Assembly (NCBI GenBank): GCA_018992685.1
Contig: JACVGT010000018.1
Coordinates: forward strand, 224,001 to 288,000
From: Theionarchaea archaeon
GTDB lineage: Archaea; Methanobacteriota_B; Thermococci; Methanofastidiosales; SZ-28-30
DNA length: 64,000 nt
Direction of reading: 5' to 3'
Under the pieces are notes generated by a model. That model was not told where the DNA came from, ran no database searches, and saw only the letters and a list, made by a program, of their open reading frames with translations. The translations under genes were made by a program, and so were the position numbers. Of the stretch, positions 10,126-21,451 are shown in pieces (position 1 is the stretch's first letter; the number at the start of each line of letters is the position of its first letter).

Positions 10126-10704
10126 ATGGAACGTACATTCTGCATGATAAAACCTGATGGAGTACAGCGGGGACTGGTGGGAGAAATTCTCTCACGGTTT
10201 GAACGTGCCGGTCTCAAATTGGTGGGACTCAAAATGGTCCGTCCCACAAGACAGCAGGTTGAGAGTCACTATCCTTCAACAGACAGCTGGTTTACCATTG
10301 TGGGAGAGAAAACATTGAACTCATATGCAGAATTAGGACTGGATCCTATGAAGCATCTGGGAACATCCTCAGCATTGGAGATTGGAAAGATTGTCAAAGG
10401 TTGGCTTATCGATTTTATTTCTTCTGGCCCCGTGATCTGCATGGTGTGGGAGGGAAATCACGCTATCCAGAATGTACGGAGGCTTGTGGGGAATACACTA
10501 CCCATAAATGCAAATCCTGGGACTATTCGGGGCGATTTCGCCTGCGATTCCCCAGATCTTGCCAATCAAAAACGTCGACCCATTCGGAACCTTATCCACG
10601 CCTCGGGAGACCCGGAAGAGGCTCGGCACGAAATCACGTTGTGGTTCAAAGAAGAAGAACTGCACACCTACCAGAGAGCAGATGAATCAATCATGGTTGG
10701 GTAG
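10126..10704 (+). CDS. ndk: Nucleoside diphosphate kinase
   Basis: ERTFCMIKPDGVQRGLVG, PGTIRGDF, RNLIHAS (catalytic His). Confidence 0.95.
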   Translation: MERTFCMIKPDGVQRGLVGEILSRFERAGLKLVGLKMVRPTRQQVESHYPSTDSWFTIVGEKTLNSYAELGLDPMKHLGTSSALEIGKIVKGWLIDFISSGPVICMVWEGNHAIQNVRRLVGNTLPINANPGTIRGDFACDSPDLANQKRRPIRNLIHASGDPEEARHEITLWFKEEELHTYQRADESIMVG

Positions 10705-10746
10705 CACGTATTCGTGTCAGCTTTCTGTGGGTTTCACGGTGATCCC

Positions 10747-12486
10747 ATGATTCGCCAGCCAATTATTTCAGTTCTTGGTCACGTAGACCACGGAAAAACC
10801 ACCCTCCTAGACTACGTCAGAAAAAGCGCAGTGGCCCAAAGAGAGTCTGGGGGAATTACCCAGCACATCGGAGCCACTGAAGTGCCTATTGAAGTCGTCC
10901 AGGGGATTTGCGGCGACATTCTCAAGAACTGGAAAATCACCATCCCTGGCCTCTTGTTCATTGACACTCCTGGACACAGGGCTTTTGTCAATCTACGGAC
11001 CAGAGGAGGCTCCCTGGCTGATCTGGCTGTCCTGATCGTGGATATAAATGACGGGTTCCAGCCCCAGACACTGGAGTCCATTACTATTCTCAAGCGACTG
11101 AAAACCCCCTTTGTGGTAGCTGCCAATAAGATTGATCGCTTGGGCTGGAAAGGAAGCGACGTTTCCTTTGTCAAATCCGTGAGGGAACAGGCAGAATTCG
11201 TGCTGCAGGAATTGGAGGAGAAAATGTGGTCATTAATTGGTGATCTGTCCCTCAACGGATACGAAGCAGACCGATTTGACCGGGTCAGAGATTTCACTGA
11301 GAGAGTGGCCATCGTGCCCATCTCAGCCAAGAATGGAGTGGGCGTGTCAGAAATCTTGATGCTCATTGCTGGGCTATCCCAGCGCTTTCTGGAGAAAAAG
11401 CTGGCTCTGGACCTGACGGGAGAAGCCAAAGGAACCATTCTTGAAGTCAAAGAAGAGGTGGGGCTGGGGACTACCATCGATGTCATTCTGTACGATGGCA
11501 CCCTGAGCAAAGGAGACGCCATTGTACTGGGTGGGATGGAGGATCTCATTTCTACCAAGGTGAGGGCTCTCTTGAAACCCATGCCCCTGGACGAGATCAG
11601 GGACCCGCGTCAGCGATTCCAGTACCTGGATCTGGTATCTGCTGCGTGTGGAGTCAAAATCTCAGCGCCCGCCCTGGAAAGGGCTCTGGCCGGTGCACCT
11701 CTCTGCATTGATACCCCTGAAAACAGACAAAAGATACGAGAAGAGATTCAGAAAATCCGTATTGTGAAGGAAGCCTTGGGAGTAGTCATCCGTGCTGACA
11801 CGCTAGGAACACTGGAGGCATTAGTATCTGAGCTCAAGGACGTGGTGACCATCAGGAAGGCAGATGTGGGGGAAGTGGGAAAGACAGATGTCATGGAAGC
11901 CCTGTCAGTAAGAAAAGAGGACTACTACCTGGGAGTAATTTTTGCCTTTAATACGAAAGTCACTGAAGAGGCCCGTCGGGTGGCAGAAGACAACAGAATA
12001 AAGATTTTTGAAGATGACGTCATTTACCGGCTCACTGAAGGCTACACTGAGTGGGTCGAAAAGGAAAAACTTAAGGAAATGACCAGGAAGAGGGAAGTAT
12101 TGATCATCCCCTGTAAGTTCAGGATTCTCCCTGAATACATATTTAGAACCACCAAGCCTGCCATCGTAGGGGTGGAGATTCTGCTGGGAACTCTCAAACC
12201 CAAGTATGATGTAATAACAGGTGAAGGAAAAAGAGTGGGAACCATCAAGAGTATCAAGAGCAGAGATGAGTTCCTCTCTGAAGTTCAGAAGGGTGAGCAG
12301 GTAGCAGTCTCCATAGAAGGACCCACTGTGGGAAGACAGATTTCTGAGGAGGAAGTTTTATATAGTGATCTCCCAAAAGAAGATTATAAAATCCTATTGA
12401 AATCTGACCTTTCAGAGGACGAACGGCAGGCTCTGGAAGAAATAGACCAGATCAAAAGAAAGCACAATGAGTTCTGGTATTTGTAG
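10747..12486 (+). CDS. infB: Translation initiation factor aIF-5B (IF2)
   Basis: [36 protein letters not shown]. No intein seen. Confidence 0.97.
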   Translation: MIRQPIISVLGHVDHGKTTLLDYVRKSAVAQRESGGITQHIGATEVPIEVVQGICGDILKNWKITIPGLLFIDTPGHRAFVNLRTRGGSLADLAVLIVDINDGFQPQTLESITILKRLKTPFVVAANKIDRLGWKGSDVSFVKSVREQAEFVLQELEEKMWSLIGDLSLNGYEADRFDRVRDFTERVAIVPISAKNGVGVSEILMLIAGLSQRFLEKKLALDLTGEAKGTILEVKEEVGLGTTIDVILYDGTLSKGDAIVLGGMEDLISTKVRALLKPMPLDEIRDPRQRFQYLDLVSAACGVKISAPALERALAGAPLCIDTPENRQKIREEIQKIRIVKEALGVVIRADTLGTLEALVSELKDVVTIRKADVGEVGKTDVMEALSVRKEDYYLGVIFAFNTKVTEEARRVAEDNRIKIFEDDVIYRLTEGYTEWVEKEKLKEMTRKREVLIIPCKFRILPEYIFRTTKPAIVGVEILLGTLKPKYDVITGEGKRVGTIKSIKSRDEFLSEVQKGEQVAVSIEGPTVGRQISEEEVLYSDLPKEDYKILLKSDLSEDERQALEEIDQIKRKHNEFWYL

Positions 12487-12496
12487 AGGTGATCTA

Positions 12497-13144
12497 TTGG
12501 AATTCAAGGTAATCATATCTGATGGTGGAAACACCTATCAAAAAGAAATCAAAGGAGAAGAAGCAGCCCGTCTGGTAGGCCTCCGCATTGGGGAGCAGTT
12601 TGACGGCTCCCTGATTGGAGAGTCAGGTATGCTCCAGATTACAGGAGGAACTGACAAAGATGGGTTTCCCATGAGAAAAGGGATTGCAGGTCCCAGAAGA
12701 GTGCAGGTCCTGCTGCGGGGAGGTCCGGGATTCATCCCCACCCGTGCAGGGGAACGCCGGAAGAAGAGGGTGCGAGGAGATACCGTTTCTGAGACTACTG
12801 TCCAGATAAACACAAAAATGGTTGGAAAACCCGGAAAGAAGAAAGTGGAGAAGAAAGAGACAGAGCCTGAAGAACGGGCAGAAGAAGTGGAAAAGAAAGA
12901 GGAAAAACCTCCAAAGGCCAAAGAAGCCAAAAAGGAAGAAAAGGAGAAGCCAACTGCAAAACCAATCCCCCTCACCAAGATATATGGCGTGGGAAAGGTC
13001 ACAGCAGAGCAGCTCCAGGCAGCAGGGATAACCAGTGTACAGGAATTCCTGGCTGCAGACATTCAGAAAATCTCCAAGAAATCAGGGCTAACCCCCGCCC
13101 AGGTAGAAAAGCTGCTTGAAGAAGCACGGAAACTAGTGGGGTGA
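12497..13144 (+). CDS. rps6e: 30S ribosomal protein S6e with a charged linker and C-terminal helix-hairpin-helix domain
   Basis: [32 protein letters not shown] start after SD GAGGTGA. Extra C-terminal [13 protein letters not shown] HhH motif. Confidence 0.92.
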   Translation: MEFKVIISDGGNTYQKEIKGEEAARLVGLRIGEQFDGSLIGESGMLQITGGTDKDGFPMRKGIAGPRRVQVLLRGGPGFIPTRAGERRKKRVRGDTVSETTVQINTKMVGKPGKKKVEKKETEPEERAEEVEKKEEKPPKAKEAKKEEKEKPTAKPIPLTKIYGVGKVTAEQLQAAGITSVQEFLAADIQKISKKSGLTPAQVEKLLEEARKLVG

Positions 13145-14358
13145 TCCAGATACCTGCAGAACCCAAACAATCAGAAATAAACATTGGAATGATCGGTCAC
13201 GTGGATCACGGGAAGACGACGCTGACGAAAGCTCTATCCGGGATCTGGACAGACACCCATTCAGAGGAACTGAGAAGAGGAATTACCATTCGCCTGGGAT
13301 ATGCGGATACTACTTTTAGAATGTGTCCTCAATGTCCTCCCCCACAGTGTTATACTGTGGAAGAGACCTGTGGTGAGTGTGGCAAGGCCACCAAAGTGCT
13401 GAGGAGAGTATCATTTGTGGATGCTCCTGGCCATGAAACACTGATGGCAACTATGTTGTCTGGTGCAGCCATTATGGATGGCGCAGTTCTGGTCATAGCT
13501 GCCAACGAACCGTGTCCCCAGCCACAGACCAAGGAGCATTTGATGGGGCTGGAAATCTGCGAGATACGAAATGTGGTGATTGTCCAGAACAAGATTGAGC
13601 TCATATCAAGAGAAGAGGTCATGGAAAACTACAACCAGATCAAGAGATTCACCAAGGGAACGATCGCAGAAAATGCCCCCATTGTACCCGTGTCAGCCAT
13701 GCACGCAGTGAATATTGATTTGCTGGTACAGGCAATAGAGAGGTATATTCCCACCCCCTCTCGAGACCTGGAAAAGTCTCCCCGTATGTATATTGCCCGT
13801 TCTTTTGATGTGAATAAGCCAGGAACTGTGCCTGAAGATCTGGTGGGAGGAGTCATAGGGGGCTCTTTGCTGCGAGGGCAGCTCAAGGTTGGAGACGAGA
13901 TTGAAATCAAACCAGGGATAGCAAGAGAAGTCCTTGAGGCAGACGTTGCCTCGCTGCATGCGGGAACTACCGAAATAGATGTGGCCACTCCGGGAGGGCT
14001 AATGGCTATCGGGACGAGACTGGATCCATCTCTGACCAAGTCTGATTCTCTCTCAGGATCCGTAGTGGGTGCCCCGGGAATGCTTCCTCCATTGTGGAAA
14101 CAGCTGACCCTGAAGGTACATTTGCTGGAACGGGCCATTGGTACCAAGGAAGAAGTGGAGATCACTGAGATTAAGAGGGGTGAAACTCTTATGTTGAACA
14201 TCGGAACAGCCAAAACTGTGGGTGTGGTGTCCAAACCAGGGAATGAAATCGAGATGGAACTGAAGCTTCCCATTTGCGCAGATCCAGGTGAGCGAGCCGC
14301 CATTTCACGGCGAATCGGTGCTCGATGGCGATTGATTGGATATGGCATCATCCAGTAG
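13141..14358 (+). CDS. eif2g: Translation initiation factor aIF-2 gamma
   Basis: [49 protein letters not shown]. Confidence 0.97.
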   Translation: MIQIPAEPKQSEINIGMIGHVDHGKTTLTKALSGIWTDTHSEELRRGITIRLGYADTTFRMCPQCPPPQCYTVEETCGECGKATKVLRRVSFVDAPGHETLMATMLSGAAIMDGAVLVIAANEPCPQPQTKEHLMGLEICEIRNVVIVQNKIELISREEVMENYNQIKRFTKGTIAENAPIVPVSAMHAVNIDLLVQAIERYIPTPSRDLEKSPRMYIARSFDVNKPGTVPEDLVGGVIGGSLLRGQLKVGDEIEIKPGIAREVLEADVASLHAGTTEIDVATPGGLMAIGTRLDPSLTKSDSLSGSVVGAPGMLPPLWKQLTLKVHLLERAIGTKEEVEITEIKRGETLMLNIGTAKTVGVVSKPGNEIEMELKLPICADPGERAAISRRIGARWRLIGYGIIQ

Positions 14359-14719
14359 TCCCGTACTGATCGACACGAATTTTGTTCTGAGTTGTTATCG
14401 GTTCAAAATACGTCTTGACGAAATCCACCAAGTGGTTGAGGAAAAGCACCACATCGTAGTGCCCGAAAACGTCCTAGCTGAACTGAAGAGCCTGCATCTT
14501 ACGGGATCTAACAAAGAGGGACAGACTGTCATGCTTGCTATTCTTGAAAAGTACCCCACTATACCACTTCACGGTGCCGTGGATAGATCACTGCTGGACT
14601 ACGCAGCAGACCACACGTGTATTATATGCACCAACGACAGGATTCTGAGAAAAGCATTGAAGAAAATGGGAGCCCGAGTTATTATGGTCAGGGCACAATC
14701 TCACCTCGTCTTGGACTGA
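14342..14719 (+). CDS. PIN-domain nuclease, Fcf1/Utp24-like
   Basis: [22 protein letters not shown]. Conserved position after aIF-2 gamma. Confidence 0.85.
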   Translation: MASSSSPVLIDTNFVLSCYRFKIRLDEIHQVVEEKHHIVVPENVLAELKSLHLTGSNKEGQTVMLAILEKYPTIPLHGAVDRSLLDYAADHTCIICTNDRILRKALKKMGARVIMVRAQSHLVLD

Positions 14720-15014
14720 CATTCTTCCTGACAAATAGTGCCTGTCCTACTTCCTTTTACCGTGACGAGGTTGTCTCACAACATTTCAAGACATTCCAGA
14801 ATGTTGAATGAAACATCGCGATATTCGCGGAGCTTTGATATGAAGATTTGCGATCTTCACCATTATTTCTTCGCGAAAAATACAATAATTGAAAATTCTA
14901 CCTCCATTCACACATTTTCACAACGATTCACAATAACCTTTATATACACTGGAGGAACTTACCTGAAGTGGGGAAGGTGAAGACGCATGAGGATAGGAGG
15001 AGATAGGTGCTAGT

Positions 15015-15344
15015 ATGAACATAGATGATGTAAACCATATGCTCGCTGAACTCCAGGGGAGTGTTCGTGGTGTGAAGGGCTCATTCTTGGTGAAAAAAGA
15101 TCGAGTTATCACAGAGAACCAGTGTGACTCTACATTCATTTCTTCCTCGCTATTCTTCCTTGTGGACCAGCTCAGGACTCAGGATAAAGAAGTATCTCAA
15201 ATCGTGATGCAGGCGGAAGACCGGTTCACTGTTTTCGTGTTTGAAGACTATATTTTGGGAGTTCTTTCTGAAGGAAGTACAAATATACCCTACTTAGGGC
15301 TGTTGGCCGGACGTATACTTAGAGAGTTCAATGGACATTTCTAG
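15015..15344 (+). CDS. Roadblock/LC7-like protein
   Basis: Helix-GVKGSFLV-helix-beta strands-NIPYLGL helix pattern typical of the roadblock/MglB fold. SD upstream. Confidence 0.6.
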   Translation: MNIDDVNHMLAELQGSVRGVKGSFLVKKDRVITENQCDSTFISSSLFFLVDQLRTQDKEVSQIVMQAEDRFTVFVFEDYILGVLSEGSTNIPYLGLLAGRILREFNGHF

Positions 15345-15481
15345 CTGCACTCTTTCACTCCCGTCAAGACCAGTTCGTGCAGAAACGCAGAAGAGGTGAG
15401 AGAGCAAGACCAATTTGTAGTGCTCGTTTTAGGTCTCTCCACAACAGTTACTCTTAAATATGATTAGAGCCCAGATGCTCT

Positions 15482-16576
15482 ATGGAACAGCAGGGTTCTT
15501 ACAGGGCGGATGACTCATCGGTAACGGAAAAGCGAAAGGAGGATCACATTAACATTTGTCTTCAGCAACATGTCGAGTCTCAGATTGGGCCAGGGTTTGA
15601 TGACATTTTCCTGATTCATCAATCAGTTCCAGAGGTAGATTTTTCTCAAATCTCTACAGAGGTTACTCTTTTTGGCAAGACATTGGATGCCCCCTTGCTG
15701 GTGGAAGGAATGACTGGAGGAACAGCGAGGGCGAAGAGTCTCAATGAAACCATGGCAACTGTGTGTCAGCGATTGAAGCTGGGCATGGGGGTGGGCAGTC
15801 AGAGAGCCATGATAGAAGACCATGCACTTTCCTATTCTTACAGCGTGAGAGAGAGTGCTCCTGACATACTGCTCATTGGGAATCTGGGACTTCCTCAGTT
15901 CATCATGGGATATACTGGAGTCGAGGCGGAGCAGGCAATCACCACCATAGGGGCGGATGTTCTGGCTATTCATCTCAATCCCCTACAGGAAGCCGTTCAA
16001 CCAGAAGGAGACTGCAACTTTGAATCTGGAGTTAAAGTCTTGAGATCGTTGAAAAAAGAGATAGATGTCCCTATCATCGCCAAGGAAACGGGTGGTGGCA
16101 TGTGCCGTGAGGTGGCGAAAAGGCTGTCGTTTCTTGATGGACTGGATGTCGGTGGATTAGGAGGAACGTCCTTCTCGGCTGTGGAATACTACCGAAATAC
16201 AGAAGAGGATAGGGAGATTGCAGCTCAGTTCTGGAACTGGGGCATGCCCACGGCAGTGAGTATTGTGGAATGTGCTGGAGCTCGAGCCCTGATTGCATCC
16301 GGGGGAATCCGCACAGGCATTGACATGGCCAAAGCGATAGCCTTAGGTGCTGACTGCTGTGGCCTCGCCCTGCCTGCACTGAAAGCAGCTGTGGAAAAGG
16401 AAGGTACACTTGAAGAAATGCTGACACGTATGATCAAAGAACTGAAAATTGCTATGTTCCTCTGTGGATGCAAAACCCTCGATCACTTGAAAAGGACCCC
16501 CGTGGTAATCACAGGAAAAACAAGAGAATTCCTAAAAGAAAGAGGAGTGAAAACAGAGCTGTATGCTCAGAGGTAG
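15482..16576 (+). CDS. fni: Type 2 (FMN-dependent) isopentenyl-diphosphate isomerase
   Basis: RKEDHI, MTGG, GVGSQR, HLNPLQE..QPEGD, KETGGG, ASGGIR. Confidence 0.95.
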   Translation: MEQQGSYRADDSSVTEKRKEDHINICLQQHVESQIGPGFDDIFLIHQSVPEVDFSQISTEVTLFGKTLDAPLLVEGMTGGTARAKSLNETMATVCQRLKLGMGVGSQRAMIEDHALSYSYSVRESAPDILLIGNLGLPQFIMGYTGVEAEQAITTIGADVLAIHLNPLQEAVQPEGDCNFESGVKVLRSLKKEIDVPIIAKETGGGMCREVAKRLSFLDGLDVGGLGGTSFSAVEYYRNTEEDREIAAQFWNWGMPTAVSIVECAGARALIASGGIRTGIDMAKAIALGADCCGLALPALKAAVEKEGTLEEMLTRMIKELKIAMFLCGCKTLDHLKRTPVVITGKTREFLKERGVKTELYAQR

Positions 16577-16583
16577 CTCCTGG

Positions 16584-17228
16584 TTATTCTTTCTTCTTCC
16601 TCATGAATATTCCACCCATGCAACCTGCGAATGCAATCCGGGCAACAGGCACAAGGTACGAGACAGGAAAAGCCACCATCAGAAGTACAGCGAAGTTCTG
16701 AACAGGGAATCGTCCCGAAGCAATCTTCTTGAAAGTCATGGAGCATACCATCAAATAGGAAACTACAAGGGCTGCACCGATCACTAGGATTTCATGCATG
16801 TGACCAGATACGGCGAAAACCAGCAAGAGAGCGCCGATAGGAATTGGCATACCAATAAAGGTTCCTTCCTCCATTTCTTTGAAACTGACATTGTACCGGG
16901 CCAGCCTCAAAATACCGGCAACGAGATATACCACTGAAACCACCGCGATCCACCAGTAATCTACATATGAATAAATAAGAAGCGCAGGTGCTATCCCAAA
17001 AGACACACAGTCTGAAAGGGAATCGAAATTCATTCCGAATTCAGATTCAGTTTCTGTTTTACGAGCAAAATATCCATCAAATCCATCTGCTACTACTGCT
17101 ATTAGAATTAATCTTGCAGCCAGATCAATATTATTGCGCATCAAGAATATCATTGCAAGAAATCCCAGAGAGATATTTGAAATCGTTAAGATATCTGCTT
17201 TTTTCAAGTAGGTCTGCATTTCATGCAT
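16584..17228 (-). CDS. pssA: CDP-alcohol phosphatidyltransferase (archaetidylserine synthase-like)
   Basis: DGFDGYFAR...FGMNFDSLSD.VSFGIAP, LRLARYN, FIGMPIP. Confidence 0.85.
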   Translation of the reverse strand: MHEMQTYLKKADILTISNISLGFLAMIFLMRNNIDLAARLILIAVVADGFDGYFARKTETESEFGMNFDSLSDCVSFGIAPALLIYSYVDYWWIAVVSVVYLVAGILRLARYNVSFKEMEEGTFIGMPIPIGALLLVFAVSGHMHEILVIGAALVVSYLMVCSMTFKKIASGRFPVQNFAVLLMVAFPVSYLVPVARIAFAGCMGGIFMRKKKE

Positions 17229-17355
17229 GCGCTGGTTTCTGTTGGCTCTCGCTTATAACTGTTTCCATTGGAAGAAATGAAATTTCATCCAATTTCAACT
17301 AAATGAGAGAAATAAGAAATAAGGCTACAAAATGAGGGTCGAAATGGGCAAAAGC

Positions 17356-19512
17356 TCATTCACACTGAGTGTAACCGCAACGTGTACAAACCCAACATCC
17401 TTCCTCCTGATGCATAATGCTCTTACAAAGGGAACACACAACTACCGGCTTAGGCGAGGGCCCAACCTTAGGGATGAATGTTCCAGATCCTTTCAATTGA
17501 GCTTCAACTGCTCTGGATATTGCCTCAGGACAGGATAACACAATGGTGTCTTCATCAGAAACACAACCGATACACCGGACTCCCTGTATTTGCTTCAGCA
17601 CAGCATTCATTTCGATCCCTGACCTCAAGGCTAGACTAATCAGCCGCCCTACGGCTTCACTGAGGGGGGGACATCCTTCGCCCCCAATATTCACAAAGAC
17701 CTCACATACACCCTTTTCATCCTCATTCACCGTGACATACAGGTTCCCGCAGTTTCCGATCTTGAACTTGGTAGTGGTACCCCGCATGACATGTTGCCGT
17801 GTCCTGGGCTTCTTCCCTGATGTTAACACTTGTTCCAATCTGCTTCTGTCCCTGTACACTGTAATCCCTTTGCATCCCAGTGTGTATGCAAGAAGAAAAG
17901 CACCTTTTACATCTTCTCTGGCGGCAGAATGAGGTAGGTTGATGGTCTTAGAGACCGCATTATCTGTGTATTTTTGAAAAGCTGCTTGCATTCTCACATG
18001 CCACGGATAATCAATTTCAAGAGCAGTCCTAAATAGACTTTGTATGTGTCCAGGTACTCTGCCATTATTCTTGACACTGCCCTCTTCTGCAATCTCCTTC
18101 ATCAGTACATCTGAATGAAATCCTTCTCTCCGGGCAGTCTCCTCTAGATATGTGTTCACCACCGGCAATTCTTCATCAACAGCCTTGCGTACGTAGGCCA
18201 AAGCGTAGTATGGCTCAATCCCGGAAGAACAGTCAGCAATGATGCTGAGAGAGCCAGTTGGAGCCACTGTGGTGGTCGTGGCATTTCTCATGGGGGAAGA
18301 ATATATCGATTTTTGAATATTGGGAAAAGAACCTCTTTTTTCTGCCAGCTCTTCTGAAGCTCTCTTAGACTGGACCTGAATGAATTCCATAATTGCCTCT
18401 GCAGTCTCAAGCCCCTCCTCAGAATCATATGGAATTTCGAGTTGGACTAGTAAATCAGCAAATCCCATGACTCCTAATCCAACTTTTCTATTGCCCCTGG
18501 TTACGTGGTCAATCTTCTTGAGAGGAACCTTATTAACATCAATAACGTTGTCCAGGAAATGGATAGCAGTTCTCACCGTCTTTCCCAATCTTTCCCAGTC
18601 CACTTTCAGGTTGCCAGGTTTCTCATCTGGCACAACCATATTCCCCACATTTATGGATCCCAGGTTGCAGGACTCATAGGGGAGTAAAGGCTGCTCTCCA
18701 CACGGATTTGTAGACTCAATTTCTCCCAATTGAGGTGTGGGCTGGGTCTCATTTATCCTGTCAATAAAGATCAGCCCCGGCTCTCCATTCTTCCATGCCT
18801 GTTCTACAATTCTATCAAAGATTTCTTCTGCTGAAATCGTTCTTACCGGGCTCTTGGTTCTGGGGTTTGTGAGTTCGATCTCCCCTCCATCCTCAAGAGC
18901 TCTCATGAATTCATCAGTGACAGCCACGGAAATATTGAAATTTTGCAGAGCCTCCTCATACTCTTTGCAGGTGATAAATTCCAGGATATCGGGATGATCA
19001 ACGCGCAGTATGCCCATATTGGCACCTCTTCTCTTCCCCCCCTGAACCACCACATCAGTGGCTGCATCGATGACCCGCATGAATGAGATGGGTCCTGACG
19101 CTTTGCCATCGGTGGAGTGCACAATATCCCCTTTGGGCCTCAGCCTGGAGAAGGAAAACCCTGTTCCCCCTCCTGACTTGTGAATAAGAGCAGTGTCCTT
19201 CACTGTCTGGAAAATGCTTTCCATGCTGTCTTCTATGGGCAATACAAAGCATGCTGACAACTGCTGGAGCTTTCTTCCTGCATTCATCAAAGTGGGAGAA
19301 TTGGGCAGAAAAGCAAGAGATGTCATAGCCTCATAAAACTCATCAGAAACTTTTTGCAGGTCTGTCTTCTCGTCATAGACCAGATCTGCCTGAGCCACCG
19401 TATCTGCCACTCTTCTAAAAAGCTCTTCCGGGGTCTCTGCAGGGGCTCCCTGATCATTCTTCTTGAGATACCGCCGCTCCAGAACTTTTCGTGCATTTGG
19501 TGAGAGCTCCAT
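17356..19512 (-). CDS. nrdJ: Class II (adenosylcobalamin-dependent) ribonucleotide reductase with TSCPD and Zn-ribbon tail
   Basis: FLPNSPTLMNAG, QLSACFV, GGGTG, STNPCGEQPL, APTG, AVSKTIN, CKGITVYRD. No R2 subunit nearby; no intein seen. Confidence 0.93.
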   Translation of the reverse strand: MELSPNARKVLERRYLKKNDQGAPAETPEELFRRVADTVAQADLVYDEKTDLQKVSDEFYEAMTSLAFLPNSPTLMNAGRKLQQLSACFVLPIEDSMESIFQTVKDTALIHKSGGGTGFSFSRLRPKGDIVHSTDGKASGPISFMRVIDAATDVVVQGGKRRGANMGILRVDHPDILEFITCKEYEEALQNFNISVAVTDEFMRALEDGGEIELTNPRTKSPVRTISAEEIFDRIVEQAWKNGEPGLIFIDRINETQPTPQLGEIESTNPCGEQPLLPYESCNLGSINVGNMVVPDEKPGNLKVDWERLGKTVRTAIHFLDNVIDVNKVPLKKIDHVTRGNRKVGLGVMGFADLLVQLEIPYDSEEGLETAEAIMEFIQVQSKRASEELAEKRGSFPNIQKSIYSSPMRNATTTTVAPTGSLSIIADCSSGIEPYYALAYVRKAVDEELPVVNTYLEETARREGFHSDVLMKEIAEEGSVKNNGRVPGHIQSLFRTALEIDYPWHVRMQAAFQKYTDNAVSKTINLPHSAAREDVKGAFLLAYTLGCKGITVYRDRSRLEQVLTSGKKPRTRQHVMRGTTTKFKIGNCGNLYVTVNEDEKGVCEVFVNIGGEGCPPLSEAVGRLISLALRSGIEMNAVLKQIQGVRCIGCVSDEDTIVLSCPEAISRAVEAQLKGSGTFIPKVGPSPKPVVVCSLCKSIMHQEEGCWVCTRCGYTQCE

Positions 19513-19847
19513 GACTACTCCTACCTCCTTCATCCATATAAAACTTTCTACTGCGATAGGAACTTTATCTCGACGAGTGACATATGCAGCTGAACCCAAT
19601 AACATCTGCTTTGCCAGACTCAATACCCGCATTTTTTTTGGCTCTTTCTAAATTATCCACCGTAAATCGAATCCATTTCAATCTGAAACTCGGTGGATAA
19701 TTGCTCACGTCTGGAATAATATCTGAACAATCTAACACCAGAGGTTGTGATGGTAGTAGAAATGATGCGCCACTGATTCTGGGAATGCCAACAATTTGCC
19801 AGGAGTCGGCCAGCAAAGTATTTATAGATGTGCAGACCACCGATGAC

Positions 19848-21269
19848 ATGAAACGTACCTTCATCCTTCTCATCATAATATCAGGATGCATTGGCCAGCA
19901 ACAGCTCTCTTTTCAGTCCTGCAGTCCAGCAGAACAGGCTGTGACAATCGTCGAGGGAGAAGAACTGGAATTTTCCTGCATATTAACAGAGCCACAGAAT
20001 GCATCGTATACGTGGCTCGTGGATGGAGAAATAGTTTCACAACTCAGCTCCTTCACGTTCAGCGAAGAGCCAGGGGCCTATACGGTTGCCTTGGAAGTTA
20101 CCAATGGGAGAAAGACTATTTCCAATGGATGGGAAATCACTGTTGAAGAGTCCCCAGAATCATTGGATTTTCCAGCAATTGAATCAAGAGTGGAAGTTAT
20201 TCGTGGATTGAAGTTCTTGGAACCGGTGAGAAGGGTTATTATAGGTAGAATGGAGATGCGAGAGAACTTCCTTGAGAGTATGCAGGAAGAGAAGGAAGCT
20301 ATAGAAATAGAACAGAAAGTGTATGAAGCCCTCCATGTATGGAATCCTGAAGACAGTCTTTTCCAGGTACACGTAGATGTCCTGACTGAACAGGTTGCAA
20401 GTTACTACGACACAGGAGATCACACATTCTATCAGGTGGTCGATCTAGGCAGCCCTCTTGCATACCGGGAGTTTATTGCCTCCCACGAACTAATCCATGC
20501 CCTTCAGGACCAACATGACTATCTGGACTTTGATACAGAGAACGATGATGAGTACCTAGCATTTCTCTGTCTTGTGGAAGGGGATGCTCTCTTCCACGAA
20601 TATGAATACTTGTACAAGATGCCCTATCAGAAGCAGGGAGCCATATTCAATTATATAAAGAATCTCAATGTGCCGGTTGTCAATTCATTTCTGGAGAATC
20701 TGCTGACAGTGCGGTATGATCTTGGAATCAATTTCATTATCGAAATGAGGATGATTAGTATTGACAGCCTGTACGAGAGACTGCCGTCATCTACAGAGCA
20801 GATCATTCATCCAGATAAATATATGTCAAATGAACAGCCAATTCTCTCAGATGTCCCTGTTATGCCGGGGTGGGAACTTATCGCTGAAAATACGCTGGGA
20901 GAAGCTTTCATCGCTACCGTTTTGAAAGAATACCTTGATGCTGAACAGGCAGATGCTGCTGCTTCCGGCTGGGGCGGAGATTCATATGGCTACTATGAAT
21001 GGCTAGATGAGTACCTTTTCATCATAAATAGTTACTGGGATACTGAAGAGGATGCTTCAGAGTTCTTCATAGCGTACTACGATTTTACTGCTTCATGGAG
21101 CAATGGAATAGTGAAGAAGAGTGGCTCAACCATGTATGAGATACCCACAGGATTCATCTCCTTTGTGTGGAAAGGGAATCAGGTTACTGTAATAGAGGCA
21201 TCCTCCCGGGAAGCTGTTGAACAAGCGCTTTCTGTGCTGGGTGGGAACTCCACGGTAGATTTCTGCTAG
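19848..21269 (+). CDS. Surface lipoprotein with PKD-like domain and zincin-type HExxH domain
   Basis: Lipobox IISGC, YTWLVDG/PGAYTV.LEV PKD-like strands, HELIH and EGDA motifs, PSSTEQIIHP, GWGGD. Confidence 0.7.
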   Translation: MKRTFILLIIISGCIGQQQLSFQSCSPAEQAVTIVEGEELEFSCILTEPQNASYTWLVDGEIVSQLSSFTFSEEPGAYTVALEVTNGRKTISNGWEITVEESPESLDFPAIESRVEVIRGLKFLEPVRRVIIGRMEMRENFLESMQEEKEAIEIEQKVYEALHVWNPEDSLFQVHVDVLTEQVASYYDTGDHTFYQVVDLGSPLAYREFIASHELIHALQDQHDYLDFDTENDDEYLAFLCLVEGDALFHEYEYLYKMPYQKQGAIFNYIKNLNVPVVNSFLENLLTVRYDLGINFIIEMRMISIDSLYERLPSSTEQIIHPDKYMSNEQPILSDVPVMPGWELIAENTLGEAFIATVLKEYLDAEQADAAASGWGGDSYGYYEWLDEYLFIINSYWDTEEDASEFFIAYYDFTASWSNGIVKKSGSTMYEIPTGFISFVWKGNQVTVIEASSREAVEQALSVLGGNSTVDFC

Positions 21270-21410
21270 AATGGGGACAGTGAATCAGGTATTCAGGATC
21301 AATACTCTTCTCCGTCTCACTCTATCCTATCCCCTGATTGCACTATAGAGAATGTGACAACCTATCTGCCTTTGAGACTCCTTCTCGTGTACCTGCTACC
21401 AACAACTGCA

Positions 21411-21451
21411 ACCGAAAGCTTTATAAAGGAAAGTTACTACCAAAGTAGTAA
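21411..21451 (+). promoter_or_regulatory. Strong BRE-TATA promoter with palindromic operator
   Basis: ACCGAAAGC-TTTATAAA followed by the inverted repeat TTACTAC-caaa-GTAGTAA. Confidence 0.65.

Noticed and set aside
13141-13155. ATA start for aIF-2 gamma after GGGGTGA
   Set aside because: An in-frame GTG overlapping the S6e stop gives an ordinary coupled start, so the ATA is not needed.
10812-14351. Long antisense ORFs (10812-11582, 12538-13062, 13629-14351)
   Set aside because: Shadow frames of well-conserved genes; no motifs or SD sites.
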